A DNA stretch of 64,000 nt, taken from Prosthecobacter sp. GTDB taxonomy: Bacteria > Verrucomicrobiota > Verrucomicrobiia > Verrucomicrobiales > Verrucomicrobiaceae. How positions within the stretch are numbered: position 1 is the first letter of the stretch; every line of letters begins with the position of its first letter. The notes under the pieces were generated by a model. The model did no database searches, was not told where the DNA came from, and saw only the letters and a list, made by a program, of their open reading frames with translations. The stretch spans positions 7,324-71,323 of the forward strand of contig JBIKYV010000003.1 in assembly GCA_044355075.1 (NCBI GenBank), given 5' to 3'. Positions 1 to 9,288 of the stretch are shown in pieces. The position numbers and the translations under genes were made by a program.

Positions 1-483
1 TTCGAAAAAGTCGTCGTGCAATCAGCAGGCCTGATGCGGATGGAGGGCGATCTGACCATCCAAGACAGCCGCCTCGATGGGCGCTTTTTTTTCGGGGTCA
101 CTCCCGAGGCCTTGCGCTGGATTCCGGGCGCAGAGCAGCATGTTTTCACGGCCAGTCGTGCTGGCTCACCTGCAGGTATGGTCTGGACGCCGCTGCGTAT
201 CTCAGGCACGGTGGATGCACCGGAGGAAGATCTCTCTGAACGGCTCCTCAGTGCTGCGGGAAAAGCGATCCTTAATGCACCTGCCGACCTAGCTGGCAAG
301 ACCGGGGAGACTTTGCTCAAGCCACTGCTGGGCGAGAACTTGGCCAAGAAGCCCGGCGAGGTGTTAAAAGGAGCCTCGGAGGCTGTGACTCAGCCGGGAG
401 AGGCGCTGAAAAAGGCCGGGCATGCCGCCGAAAAGGGGCTCGACCTGCTGAAGGGCATTGGCGGTGGATTGCTCGGCAAATGA
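1..483 (+). CDS. C-terminal part of an AsmA-like/envelope hypothetical protein (5' truncated by window)
   Basis: Frame 1 is open from base 1 (FEKVVVQSAG...) to TGA at 481-483. VWTPLRISGTVDAPEEDLSERL and the helical Lys/Gly/Leu tail resemble verrucomicrobial AsmA-like C-termini. Confidence 0.45.
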   Translation, partial: FEKVVVQSAGLMRMEGDLTIQDSRLDGRFFFGVTPEALRWIPGAEQHVFTASRAGSPAGMVWTPLRISGTVDAPEEDLSERLLSAAGKAILNAPADLAGKTGETLLKPLLGENLAKKPGEVLKGASEAVTQPGEALKKAGHAAEKGLDLLKGIGGGLLGK

Positions 484-504
484 AGTCATGAGAGCTTGCA
501 GCCT

Positions 505-924
505 ATGAATTTGAACGATCGTCAGACTCAGTTGATCGAGGACTTGAATCTCATCGACACCCCGCATGAGCGCCTCGCCGCGCTCATCAGCTATGTGCCA
601 CGGGTGCTGCTGCCCGAAGCGGAGCGCGTCGAGGCTCTGCTCGTGCCCGGCTGTGTGTCCCGAGTTTGGGTCCATGGCTCACTGCTCGCAGGTAGGGCGC
701 ATTTTCGTTGTGCGGCCGATAGCCCGATGGTGGGCGGGCTGGTAGCGATTCTCTGTTACCTTTACAGTGAGGCTTTGCCTGCTGAGATCGCTGCCGTGGA
801 GCCAGAGCTTTGGGAAAAATGCGGGCTGCTGAAAGTGCTTTCTCCGACACGTCTCAATGGACTGGCTGCGGTGCGTCAGCGACTGCGGGAGATAGCGGAG
901 ACTTGGCGGATCAATGGCCGCTGA
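505..924 (+). CDS. sufE: SufE family Fe-S cluster assembly sulfur acceptor
   Basis: VPGCVSRVWV (conserved Cys), ADSPMVGGLVAIL and LSPTRLNGL motifs. ATG at 505 chosen as start. Confidence 0.85.
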   Translation: MNLNDRQTQLIEDLNLIDTPHERLAALISYVPRVLLPEAERVEALLVPGCVSRVWVHGSLLAGRAHFRCAADSPMVGGLVAILCYLYSEALPAEIAAVEPELWEKCGLLKVLSPTRLNGLAAVRQRLREIAETWRINGR

Positions 925-978
925 GCTTGCGCGTGTTTCCTGTCAGTTTCGCCTCCAGGCAGCGTTTCTCGTTTCCTC

Positions 979-2337
979 ATGTTGCTGCGCACGCTTCTTC
1001 TCGCCCTGGTTTCCGTATGGCTGCATGCTACCGCCGAGCGACCGAATGTCATTTTCATCCTTTGTGATGACCTCGCTCAGGGCGATCTAGGCTGCTACGG
1101 CCAGAAGCTGATTCAGACACCACACCTGGATCGCATGGCGGCGGAAGGCACCCGTTTTCCCCAGCTTTACTCTGGCACCAGTGTCTGTGCGCCTTCGCGC
1201 TCCAGCTTGATGACAGGCCTGCATACCGGTCACTGTCCCATCCGTGCCAATCGTGAGGTTCAGCCCGAGGGCCAAAAGCCCCTGCCTGCCGAGACACTCA
1301 CGGTGGCACAGGTGATGAAGTCCGCCGGCTATGCCACGGCCTGTTATGGGAAATGGGGCATGGGTATGTTCGACACCTCTGGCAGTCCATTGAAGAAGGG
1401 CTTCGACCGATTCTTCGGCTACAACTGCCAGCGCCATGCCCACAGCTACTTCCCTAGCTATCTTTGGGACAATGATCGCCGTCTCGACTTGGATGGTAAA
1501 ACTTACGCACAGGACTTGATCCAGCGTGAGATGGAAACCTGGGTGCGTGCGCAAGCAAGCGGGCCTTTTTTCCTCTATTACGCGATCACACTACCGCATG
1601 GAAAGTTCGAGATTGATGACCTTAATCCCTACCGTGACAAGCCCTGGACGCCGCTCCAAAAGACCTACGCCGCCATGGTCAGTCGGCTGGATCGCGATGT
1701 CGGACGTCTGTTGGAGCTACTCAAGGAACAGAAGATCGACGATCAGACGCTAGTGCTCTTTTCGGGGGACAACGGTGCTTCCTTCGATCCGAAGTCTGAG
1801 GTTGGCCAACTCTTTGACCAAAGCATGGGCAGTCGCCTGCGGGGCTATAAACGCAGCCTCTATGAAGGCGGGTTGAGGCAGGCCGGTATCGCCCGCTGGC
1901 CTGGTACCGTGCCTGCGGGGCGGGTGAGCGAGCAGCCCTGGGCATTTTGGGATTTCCTACCCACCGCTGCCGAGCTGGCTGGGGCCACACTACCTGCTGG
2001 CTTTCAGCCGGATGGGATTTCAGTGTTGCCATTGCTCCAGGGACAGCCAATGCCGCCACGCCAGCTATTTTACTGGGAATTGCATGAAGGCACCTCGCTT
2101 CAGGCGGTGCGTTTTGATGGACATTGGAAGGCGGTGCGAAATGGTCCCGAGAGCCCTGTTGAATTGTATGATCTATCTCAGGATGCCGCCGAAAGCCAAA
2201 ATCTAGCAGCAGCCAAGCCTGAGCAAGTCGCACGGGCAGAGGCGTTGCTGCGTAGCTCAAGACAGGATCATGAGGATTGGCCGCTGATTCAGCAACGAAA
2301 GGCGAGGGGCAAGGATAAAGCAAAAATTAAGAAATAG
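979..2337 (+). CDS. Secreted arylsulfatase (formylglycine-dependent sulfatase)
   Basis: Signal peptide, [21 protein letters not shown] (CxPxR), GKWG and [10 protein letters not shown]. Confidence 0.92.
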   Translation: MLLRTLLLALVSVWLHATAERPNVIFILCDDLAQGDLGCYGQKLIQTPHLDRMAAEGTRFPQLYSGTSVCAPSRSSLMTGLHTGHCPIRANREVQPEGQKPLPAETLTVAQVMKSAGYATACYGKWGMGMFDTSGSPLKKGFDRFFGYNCQRHAHSYFPSYLWDNDRRLDLDGKTYAQDLIQREMETWVRAQASGPFFLYYAITLPHGKFEIDDLNPYRDKPWTPLQKTYAAMVSRLDRDVGRLLELLKEQKIDDQTLVLFSGDNGASFDPKSEVGQLFDQSMGSRLRGYKRSLYEGGLRQAGIARWPGTVPAGRVSEQPWAFWDFLPTAAELAGATLPAGFQPDGISVLPLLQGQPMPPRQLFYWELHEGTSLQAVRFDGHWKAVRNGPESPVELYDLSQDAAESQNLAAAKPEQVARAEALLRSSRQDHEDWPLIQQRKARGKDKAKIKK

Positions 2338-2503
2338 CCCAAGTGCCATTGTAATTTGTAAAATTACAATAAAAAAACAAAAGTCTTTGTCGTTGGGCGC
2401 CAATTCTGGTTTTTGGTTTGGGATGAGGTTGCATAACCTTGATCATCAAAACTATGGGAATTATTTAGCGGTGAATTCCCTGAAAGTGGTAAGCAAGTCC
2501 ATA

Positions 2504-2532
2504 TTGACGCCTTGTGGTTTATATTTTACCAT
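2504..2532 (+). promoter_or_regulatory. Candidate sigma70 promoter of the NtrC-like gene
   Basis: TTGACG (2504-2509), 17 bp spacer, TACCAT (2527-2532), about 40 bp upstream of ATG 2573. Confidence 0.5.
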
Positions 2533-2572
2533 ATTTAATAGTCAAATTTGATACTCAAATTCACAAGATGTT

Positions 2573-3943
2573 ATGGCAAAGCTAGTAATCATAGATGATG
2601 AGGCTGCGATCCTTGAACTGATGAGCAAGCTCTGTCGTACGGCCGGGCACACGGTTTTCGGCTGTACATCGGGGAAGGATGGCATCAACACCCTTCACGC
2701 GCAGAAGCCCGATCTGGTGATTGTGGATCTGAGAATCGGTGATGTGAATGGACTCGACCTGGTTAGCCTGTGTCGAGAGCATTTTCCTCAAACTGCTGTT
2801 ATCATGGTGACTGGCCACGGTAGTGTCGAGACGGCGGTAGAGGCCATGCGCCTCGGTGCGTTCGATTACCTCACCAAGCCGTTTGATTTGGGAGATCTAA
2901 TCAAAACAGTGAATCATGCCTTGGCGCAGCAAGGCAAGGCTCAGACTAAGCCTGTGACGCCCACGGCTGTGTCTGCCCTGCGCAGCAGCTTCGCCTCAAA
3001 ATTGATTGGTCACAGCGATGCTATCCAGCGCATCTTTGAGATTGTGCGACGCGTCGCTGACAATGACAGCCCCGTGTTACTCGAAGGGGAATTCGGCGTG
3101 GGGAAACACATGGTGGCCAGGGCGCTGCATGAGGCTAGCCGCCGGAGCCACGCCCCCTTCAAAGAATTGCAGTGCAGTGCGCTACCGGAGGAGAATCTAG
3201 AAGGCGAGCTCTTTGGTCATGCTGGCAGTCCGCAGTCTGGCATCTTCAGCCGAGCAGGTGGCGGCACCGTGCATTTGGCCGAGATCCATGTGTTGCCGCC
3301 ACGCATCCAGGCACAGCTCAGCACTTTCCTCGAAGAGACCATGGCACGTCGCAGTGCCTGGAACCCGAACGCGGGTGATTTCAGGCTCGTGGTTAGCACG
3401 ACCATTTGCTTGGAGGAAGCCTCGAAAAAAGGCCTCTTTCGCGAGGACTTGTACTACAAGCTCTCCGTGGTCCCACTGAAAATTCCACCCCTGCGCGACC
3501 GTTGTGTAGACATCAAGCCGCTGGTGGAGCACTTCCTTAAAGACCTTGCGGAGAGGACCGATAGCAAGCCCAAGGGCATCGATAGCTATGCACAGGAGTT
3601 CTTGGAAAAGTATCCCTGGCCTGGCAATATTTCCGAACTCCGCAATGCCGTGGAGCGCGCTTGCGCCTTTGCTGAGGGTGACCGCATCCGTCCGAGCGAT
3701 CTGCCGACCAAGGTCACACAGCAGGTGGAGGTAGCATCCTCTCATGGAAATGGGGCCACAACGCAGTTGCCCATCGGCTCCACGTTGGACGATTTCATCC
3801 GTGGCCAAGAGCGTCTTTTCATCAACGAAACCTTGAAGTACAACAACGGCTCTCGGGAAAAGACAGCCTCAATGCTAGGCGTCAGCATCGCCACGCTGTA
3901 TCGTAAAATGGGACTGAGTCAGGAGCGCAAAACCATGGCCTGA
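2573..3943 (+). CDS. NtrC-like response regulator (receiver + degenerate AAA+ + Fis HTH)
   Basis: Receiver motifs IIDDE / VIVDL / TGH / TKPF. AAA+ remnants GEFGVGK, FREDLYY, WPGN. C-terminal HTH TASMLGVSIATLYRKM. GAFTGA is absent. Confidence 0.9.
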   Translation: MAKLVIIDDEAAILELMSKLCRTAGHTVFGCTSGKDGINTLHAQKPDLVIVDLRIGDVNGLDLVSLCREHFPQTAVIMVTGHGSVETAVEAMRLGAFDYLTKPFDLGDLIKTVNHALAQQGKAQTKPVTPTAVSALRSSFASKLIGHSDAIQRIFEIVRRVADNDSPVLLEGEFGVGKHMVARALHEASRRSHAPFKELQCSALPEENLEGELFGHAGSPQSGIFSRAGGGTVHLAEIHVLPPRIQAQLSTFLEETMARRSAWNPNAGDFRLVVSTTICLEEASKKGLFREDLYYKLSVVPLKIPPLRDRCVDIKPLVEHFLKDLAERTDSKPKGIDSYAQEFLEKYPWPGNISELRNAVERACAFAEGDRIRPSDLPTKVTQQVEVASSHGNGATTQLPIGSTLDDFIRGQERLFINETLKYNNGSREKTASMLGVSIATLYRKMGLSQERKTMA

Positions 3944-3963
3944 AGCGGACTCGGCGTCCCGTG

Positions 3964-4965
3964 TCAGGTTACTAAAGGTAGGTTCGGGTCCACATCTGCT
4001 TCCAGCGCGGACGTTTGACCGCGCCGGAAACGCTGCGCTGCTGTATAGGCTATCATTGCGGCATTGTCCGTGCTGAGGTCTGGTCGTGCCAGCAGCAGCG
4101 TCAATCCTTCCTCCGCGCAGCGTTGCTGTAGCTTCGCACGTAGGCCCCGATTGCAGCTCACACCGCCACTCACAGTCACCAGTGTCTCGCCGGTCAACCG
4201 CGCTGCCAGCACCAGCTTTTCCACCAGCACCTCACAAATTGCCTCCTGCACGCTCGCGCAGATATCCGCCAGTGTCTTTGGATCATTGAGGTTCAGCTTG
4301 GGTAGCTCATACAGCACTGCCGTCTTCAGGCCGCTGAAGCTGAACTCCAAACTTCGCCCATCCAGAAAGCTGCGTGGAAAGCCGTGCGCATCTGGCCTGC
4401 CCAGTGCGGCGCGTTGGTCAATCTCCGGCCCACCAGGGTAGGGTAGGCCGATCATCTTGGCGATTTTGTCAAAAGCCTCTCCCGCCGCGTCATCGCGCGT
4501 GCGTCCCAGCAGGCGGTAGGCTCCCACCTCGGTCATATGGACCAGCATCGTGTGCCCACCGCTCACGATCAGTGCCACACTGGGGCGTGGAGGTCCATTT
4601 CCTGCCATGAAAGGGGACAGCAAGTGGCCTTCCATATGGTTCACCGCCAGAAAGGGTTTTTTTTCTGCTACTGCCAGCGCCTTCGCCATGCTGGTGCCGA
4701 TGAGCAGACTGCTGACCAAACCAGGCCCACTGGTCGCGGCAAAGGCCTCCACCTCTGCCAGTCGTACGCCCGCCTTTGTCAGCACCTCTTCCACCAGCGC
4801 TCGCACGTGCAGGATGTGATTCCGAGAGGCCACCTCAGGAACCACCCCGCCATAGCGTCGGTGGATGTCGATTTGTGAGGCCACCGTCGCTGCCATGACC
4901 TCGCCCTCCGCCGTGCACAGGGCAGCTGCGGTTTCATCGCAAGAAGATTCGAGAGCGAGGATCAT
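3964..4965 (-). CDS. tsaD: tRNA N6-threonylcarbamoyladenosine synthesis protein TsaD
   Basis: ILALESSCDETAAA, GGVVPEVASRNH, VNHMEGH, SGGHT, TRDDAAGEAFDK, FSFSGLKT, TDNAAMI. Confidence 0.96.
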   Translation of the reverse strand: MILALESSCDETAAALCTAEGEVMAATVASQIDIHRRYGGVVPEVASRNHILHVRALVEEVLTKAGVRLAEVEAFAATSGPGLVSSLLIGTSMAKALAVAEKKPFLAVNHMEGHLLSPFMAGNGPPRPSVALIVSGGHTMLVHMTEVGAYRLLGRTRDDAAGEAFDKIAKMIGLPYPGGPEIDQRAALGRPDAHGFPRSFLDGRSLEFSFSGLKTAVLYELPKLNLNDPKTLADICASVQEAICEVLVEKLVLAARLTGETLVTVSGGVSCNRGLRAKLQQRCAEEGLTLLLARPDLSTDNAAMIAYTAAQRFRRGQTSALEADVDPNLPLVT

Positions 4966-5038
4966 GACGGGAAATGCAGAATACAGAAAAAGGCCTGAAT
5001 AACGAGGAACCAAGAACAAATAACCAAGAATTCTCCCC

Positions 5039-6043
5039 CTACATCCCCGCCATCAGTTGCACAAAGCGCAGACCCTCCACGGTCAGCTTGCCATTGTTGC
5101 TCACAAGGCCTCGGGTGCGGTAATACATCGGTATCTTGCTTTTTTCCAGCCAGCTCAGCTCTGCGCCGCTCGTCACCATCGTGCCGGGCGTGACCGCTAG
5201 CGGCAGGCCCCAGGCATTGCAGCGTATCTTCCAGCTTGGCGGGCGACCCGCCGTCGTATCAGTCAACAGCCAGGGATAGTGCACTAGCAGTTCCATCTGC
5301 GCCGAGCCTGGAACTGTTACCTCAAACTGGGCCGCACTCTGCTGCACCCAGCCCGCCACGGAAAGCTTCGGTTGCCTCTTGTGGGTTAAGTACAGCGCTT
5401 GGAGGTCTAGGCCCAGCAGGTTCATTCCATTGTACATACCGTGATGGTTCGGTGTGCGAAAACCTAGCTGATACCACGCCTCAAAGTTGTGCGACAGCAT
5501 CATATTCAGCTCCACATGCAGGTGTGCGCGGCGTTGGTCGATGCCACTGCCCGTGTAACCCATGAGTGCGATGGTCTCGCCGGCGGCTACCTTTTGCCCC
5601 AAAGTCACTCGATAGGCCCGCAGATGTGCGTAGAGGGAAAAAAACGGCCCCTCGCCCCAATCGTGGCGCAGAACCAAATAGCTGCCGTAATTACTCTTCC
5701 CTGGCGGAGCCGTGTGGACCACCTCACCAGGTAGAATCGCCCGCACCTCGTCTAGCGGATCACCGTGCTCATCGCGCAGCAGCGGTTTCACATCCATGCC
5801 CTCATGAAAACGTGCGTAGGCGATCCCAGTGCCCGTGCGACGCGGATCGCGCCAGAAGCCAAACTGCCCCCCTTGCCATGGATAGCTTACCTGGCCCTCA
5901 AAGTTTCGGTCCACAAACTGGAAGTAGCCCGGACCATCTTCCCGGAGCAGTGCTTCATTGTCTGTCGGTAGGCGCAGGTCCAGCGCCACGACGGAGGTTT
6001 GCAGCAGGGTGAGGGCAGAAAAAAGAAGGCGCATGGCGAGCAT
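5039..6043 (-). CDS. M23 family metallopeptidase
   Basis: Signal peptide, FHEGMD (HxxxD), YAHL, MGYTG and HLHVE (HxH). Confidence 0.85.
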   Translation of the reverse strand: MLAMRLLFSALTLLQTSVVALDLRLPTDNEALLREDGPGYFQFVDRNFEGQVSYPWQGGQFGFWRDPRRTGTGIAYARFHEGMDVKPLLRDEHGDPLDEVRAILPGEVVHTAPPGKSNYGSYLVLRHDWGEGPFFSLYAHLRAYRVTLGQKVAAGETIALMGYTGSGIDQRRAHLHVELNMMLSHNFEAWYQLGFRTPNHHGMYNGMNLLGLDLQALYLTHKRQPKLSVAGWVQQSAAQFEVTVPGSAQMELLVHYPWLLTDTTAGRPPSWKIRCNAWGLPLAVTPGTMVTSGAELSWLEKSKIPMYYRTRGLVSNNGKLTVEGLRFVQLMAGM

Positions 6044-6074
6044 GCTCCCGCGATACCTGTGGCCCACGCTGGAC

Positions 6075-6896
6075 TCAAGGGCGCGATTTACCCCCCTCTG
6101 GGACATCAACTTGCAGACTCGTGAAGTCCGCGTAGCAGGCCCGCTGCGGTGCCCAGGATAGATCATTACCGCCGTGAAAAGTCTCAAAATACAGACCATC
6201 TACGCCAAAGGTCGCCACCGAGCGCCATTCTAGGTCATCGTGCCTCACTACTTGGCGTTCCGACTGGCCCGGTAGCGTGATCCACACCCGGAGTCTTCCA
6301 TCGCGCCGACCCGGCGCATTCATCCAGACCGCGATGCGTACCCCGATGGGCTCTCCTCTTGGAAAGCGAAAATCTGGAGGAAAGGCAAAGCTTTCCCCAT
6401 ACTTTTCTGGCTGATGTTTATGATACACATAGGCCTCGCCTCGTCCCTCACGCCGCCACATCAGACGTGCGGAAAATCCATTCGTCCCATCCGCCGGGCG
6501 CCCCCCGCTCACATTCTCCGGACCCCCGCACAGCCCTGGCAGCTTACCACCTTTCACAAAGTCAAAGTCCGGGCTAAAGCGCAGCATATAGCGTAACTCC
6601 GCTGCCTCCTGCGTGCCGATCGGCCATCGCCAGCCAGCTCCACCCTTCTCCGGCCCAATTTGCCCTGGCACATAGCCCACACGCAGCCAAGGCACCCCCG
6701 CCTGTTTCAGTAGGCTCACATGCCCCTCCTTCACCCCATCCTCAAACGCACAGCCTGGCCAGTCTCGCTTCCAATCCGCCACTGCATATGCACCCGGACT
6801 GCCCCCTAGAGTCACACGCACCGGCAGATCGAGTCCCTGCAGGGGAGAGACCACAACCAACCACAAACAAATCAGAGAAACAGTGAATCGAGTCAT
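6075..6896 (-). CDS. Polysaccharide lyase, PL14-like
   Basis: Signal peptide, FDFVKGGKLPGLCGG, GFSARLMWR and FETFHGG, typical of PL14 alginate/glucuronan lyases. Confidence 0.75.
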   Translation of the reverse strand: MTRFTVSLICLWLVVVSPLQGLDLPVRVTLGGSPGAYAVADWKRDWPGCAFEDGVKEGHVSLLKQAGVPWLRVGYVPGQIGPEKGGAGWRWPIGTQEAAELRYMLRFSPDFDFVKGGKLPGLCGGPENVSGGRPADGTNGFSARLMWRREGRGEAYVYHKHQPEKYGESFAFPPDFRFPRGEPIGVRIAVWMNAPGRRDGRLRVWITLPGQSERQVVRHDDLEWRSVATFGVDGLYFETFHGGNDLSWAPQRACYADFTSLQVDVPEGGKSRP

Positions 6897-7558
6897 GACA
6901 AGCAAGCGCGCACGCAGCTCGATTCTTGTGCGCGATTCAACCCCGCGCAGTGACTTTCTCTGAACCCTTTGTGACTTCACTCTTATCCCCACGTGCCCTG
7001 AACTAGACTCATCATAAGGAAGTCTGTATAGACCAGCCCTTATCTTCCATATCATTTCCTGATTTGGTGAGTAAAAGCTGCATGGTCCGCCAATCTGGGC
7101 CGAATCTCAGGCTAGGCCTACACCGCCTACCCGGTGGCCACCCATCGAGCTACAAATCGCCAACGGTATACAAAGATGCTAATTCCAGGTACGAAATGCC
7201 CTTTGGAGGTTAATAAATCTAGCGTTGGCAACAACGCCCAAACGGGCAAGTCCGATCAATGCCTCCTTAATTCAAAGGTGTGAGTGTGGCGTAGCCATGA
7301 TGCAGGAATGAGTATGATTGATGCTCGTGTTTGTGATAAGATAGGTTAGGTATGATTTTTAGTGGCATTGATTTTCCTAAATAAGGAGTCATGGATCGTT
7401 GAGACGATGGATGCTGTAGCTGTGCAATCAGCAAAGTATCGGCAACACAGAGTTAGGCTAGCGCCAGGAAAATGCGGGTGAAGATTGTGTTCGTGGAGTG
7501 AGTGCTTGCGAACTGGGGGAAAAGCCGCAGACTCGCCCCCCTTCCAACCTTTCTGCCC

Positions 7559-8512
7559 ATGTCTGCCAAAAAAACTGCTGTCGTCACCGGAGCTGCCGGT
7601 TTCCTCGGATCACATCTGACCGACCGCCTGCTGACAGAAGGCTATCGGGTGATCGGCATGGACAATCTAGTGACAGGCAATGTGCGCAACATTGAGCACC
7701 TGGCGGGCAATGCAGACTTTGATTTCATCAATCATGACGTCACGAAGTTCATCTACTTGCCCGGCCGTGTGGATTTGATCTTCCACTTTGCCTCACCAGC
7801 CTCGCCCATCGACTACCTGCAAATCCCGATCCAGACGCTGAAGGTGAGCTCCCTGGGGACTCACAATGCATTAGGTTTGGCTAAGGAAAAGGGCGCAACC
7901 TTTCTGATCGCTTCGACCAGCGAATGTTATGGTGATCCGCTGGAGCATCCGCAAAAAGAGACCTACTGGGGAAATGTGAATCCCATCGGTCCCCGTGGCT
8001 GCTACGATGAGGCCAAGCGCTTCGCCGAAGCAATGACCATGGCCTATCATCGGGCGCACGGGCTGGATACGAAGATCGTGCGCATTTTCAACACCTATGG
8101 CCCACGCATGAGACTAGAAGATGGACGTGTGGTGCCTGCCTTCATCGGCCAGGCATTGCAGGGGAACCCGCTGACAGTCTTTGGTGATGGCTCGCAAACA
8201 CGCAGTTTTTGTTATGTCTCTGACCTGATCGATGGCATCTACCGCCTTTCGCAAAGCAACTACCACGAGCCTGTGAACATCGGCAATCCACGGGAAATGA
8301 CCGTGCTCCAGTTCGCACAGGAGATTCTGAAGCATACCGGCACAGATTTGCCGATCATCCATAAAGAGCTGCCCACAGATGATCCAAAGGTTCGTCAGCC
8401 CGATATTGGACTTGCCCGCAAGCTACTCGGCTGGGAGCCTAAAATCGCCTTTGAGGAGGGTATCAGCCGAACGGTCGCTTATTTTCGTGACTTTCTTGCA
8501 ATCAAATCTTGA
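7559..8512 (+). CDS. UDP-glucuronate decarboxylase (UDP-xylose synthase) family SDR
   Basis: [67 protein letters not shown]. Confidence 0.92.
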   Translation: MSAKKTAVVTGAAGFLGSHLTDRLLTEGYRVIGMDNLVTGNVRNIEHLAGNADFDFINHDVTKFIYLPGRVDLIFHFASPASPIDYLQIPIQTLKVSSLGTHNALGLAKEKGATFLIASTSECYGDPLEHPQKETYWGNVNPIGPRGCYDEAKRFAEAMTMAYHRAHGLDTKIVRIFNTYGPRMRLEDGRVVPAFIGQALQGNPLTVFGDGSQTRSFCYVSDLIDGIYRLSQSNYHEPVNIGNPREMTVLQFAQEILKHTGTDLPIIHKELPTDDPKVRQPDIGLARKLLGWEPKIAFEEGISRTVAYFRDFLAIKS

Positions 8513-8609
8513 TGCCAGAGCTGGTTTGAGAATAAAAAGATAATTAATCACGTGCGCTCACGTGCCAACAACCCACCGTGCCGAAGCTGTGACTCCCCCC
8601 CGTCCCACC

Positions 8610-9224
8610 ATGAAGTCGTCTCTCTCTATCCTCGCCGTATTGTGCTGCGTTGCTTCTTACCTTCAGGCGCAGTCAGGTGGCCCTGCTGCCAGGGTGAAGA
8701 TCAGCTCGCCTAAGGTGTCTAGCATTCAAACCCCCATGTTTGAGGCGGCAAATACACCGAACCGCAATTGGCGCCCGAAAGAATGGCTCGAATTCGATAC
8801 TGAGCTCGCCGTGACTCTGCCAGCAGCTGAGGGTGGACGGAAAGGCAGCCTTTCTTCAATGACGATCAATTACTTTGTCGCAATGAACACGCAGACAAAG
8901 GATGGCAAGTATCCGATGCTGAAGGGCTCCATCAATTATCTGGATATTCCAGCGGGGGAGCGTTGCCATGCTCTCGCATATATCAATCCCGCAACACTGC
9001 GCCGAGTTCTGGGCAAAGATGGCTTCACCAACTCCGATGTGAAAGCTGCCGCGGTCGAGGTGGTTGTTGATGGCACTGTCGTGGCTGGAGAAACGACTAT
9101 CCCAGGACGTTGGTGGGAAAAGACCGATAGCTTTGAGGTGACAGAGAATGCCGTTCTTAGCCGCAAAGAAACGCCTTTCGACATTCTTTGGGGCGACTAC
9201 GACCTGCCCACGAAAGCTAAATAA
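8610..9224 (+). CDS. Amuc_1102 family pilus-associated secreted protein
   Basis: Signal peptide, QTPMF...NWRPKEWLEFD and ETPFDILWGDYD. First gene of a locus matching Akkermansia Amuc_1102-1098. Confidence 0.75.
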   Translation: MKSSLSILAVLCCVASYLQAQSGGPAARVKISSPKVSSIQTPMFEAANTPNRNWRPKEWLEFDTELAVTLPAAEGGRKGSLSSMTINYFVAMNTQTKDGKYPMLKGSINYLDIPAGERCHALAYINPATLRRVLGKDGFTNSDVKAAAVEVVVDGTVVAGETTIPGRWWEKTDSFEVTENAVLSRKETPFDILWGDYDLPTKAK

Positions 9225-9288
9225 GTCCTGGGTGCTATAGCAAGACCTCAGCGGCTCCACCGATAGCTTAGAATCAATCAATAACAGC

